Virus record (IMG/VR): IMGVR_UViG_3300027800_000034
Span: 1-35,282 of that record
Length of the DNA stretch: 35,282 bases
Reading direction: 5' to 3' (one strand)
Source of the DNA: a virus
Taxonomy: Duplodnaviria; Caudoviricetes
In this document: positions 35,158 to 35,282 of the stretch, in pieces
Position numbering within the stretch: the first letter of the stretch is position 1
How the letters are laid out: each line of letters opens with the position of its first letter
Notes under the pieces: generated by a model
The model's database searches: none
Seen by the model: the letters and a program-made list of their open reading frames with translations, nothing else
What the model was told of the DNA's origin: nothing
Made by a program: the position numbers and the translations under genes

Positions 35158-35282
35158 ATTTGTACCTTTTGGTTTTTATTATACATTATTACTGCGTAAT
35201 TTTCAAGCGGTTATAAAACAGCCCGATATAATCATTTGCAGTGTCTTGGTTTCCATCAATTCCATATTGACGGCCTATTTTT
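35157..35282. repeat. 126-bp terminal direct repeat, right copy
   Basis: Identical to positions 8-133. Confidence 0.95.
35178..35206 (-). promoter_or_regulatory. Near-consensus sigma70 promoter for the fibre operon (duplicated at 29-57)
   Basis: TTGAAA-N17-TATAAT, overlapping the 3' end of the giant gene, about 20 nt upstream of the ATG at 35157. Confidence 0.7.

Noticed and set aside
35157-35282. Biological T7-like terminal repeat
   Set aside because: Its length and position (splitting a gene end and promoter) fit an assembly overlap. The late/early gap near 30300-30660 is a more plausible terminus.
1-35282. CRISPR array, IS element or stop-codon reassignment
   Set aside because: I saw no regularly spaced repeats or transposase, and genes are full-length and tightly packed under the standard bacterial code.

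Overview
The window is an essentially complete, circularly assembled tailed-phage genome of about 35.15 kb. Positions 8-133 are repeated at 35157-35282. Every convincing gene is on the minus strand, many with TAATG or ATGA overlaps. The virion module is podovirus-like (T7/BPP-1 type): terminase large subunit, portal, scaffold, major capsid, decoration protein, tail tubular A and B, three ejected internal proteins and fibres. The early/replication module is lambdoid-like: AntA-type antirepressor, replication protein, GapR/DUF2312, HTH regulator, YqaJ-type exonuclease and an SSB-like protein. I found no integrase, DNA or RNA polymerase, helicase or reverse transcriptase. GapR, a GH108 endolysin and a spanin-like protein suggest a Gram-negative, probably alphaproteobacterial, host (inference). 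The most unusual items are: (1) a 149-nt tRNA-Leu-like RNA with encoded CCA, a non-canonical T-loop and a structured insert replacing the anticodon loop; (2) a 2322-aa ejected polyvalent protein with stacked ParB-like, ADP-ribosyltransferase, unknown and zincin domains; (3) the only apparent plus-strand unit, a ~70-nt sRNA exposing an anti-SD/anti-AUG-AAA-AAA seed; (4) a holin-like extension on a unimolecular spanin; (5) a 788-aa fibre whose N-terminus resembles the capsid decoration protein. All functional calls come from motif recognition by eye; no database searches were run.
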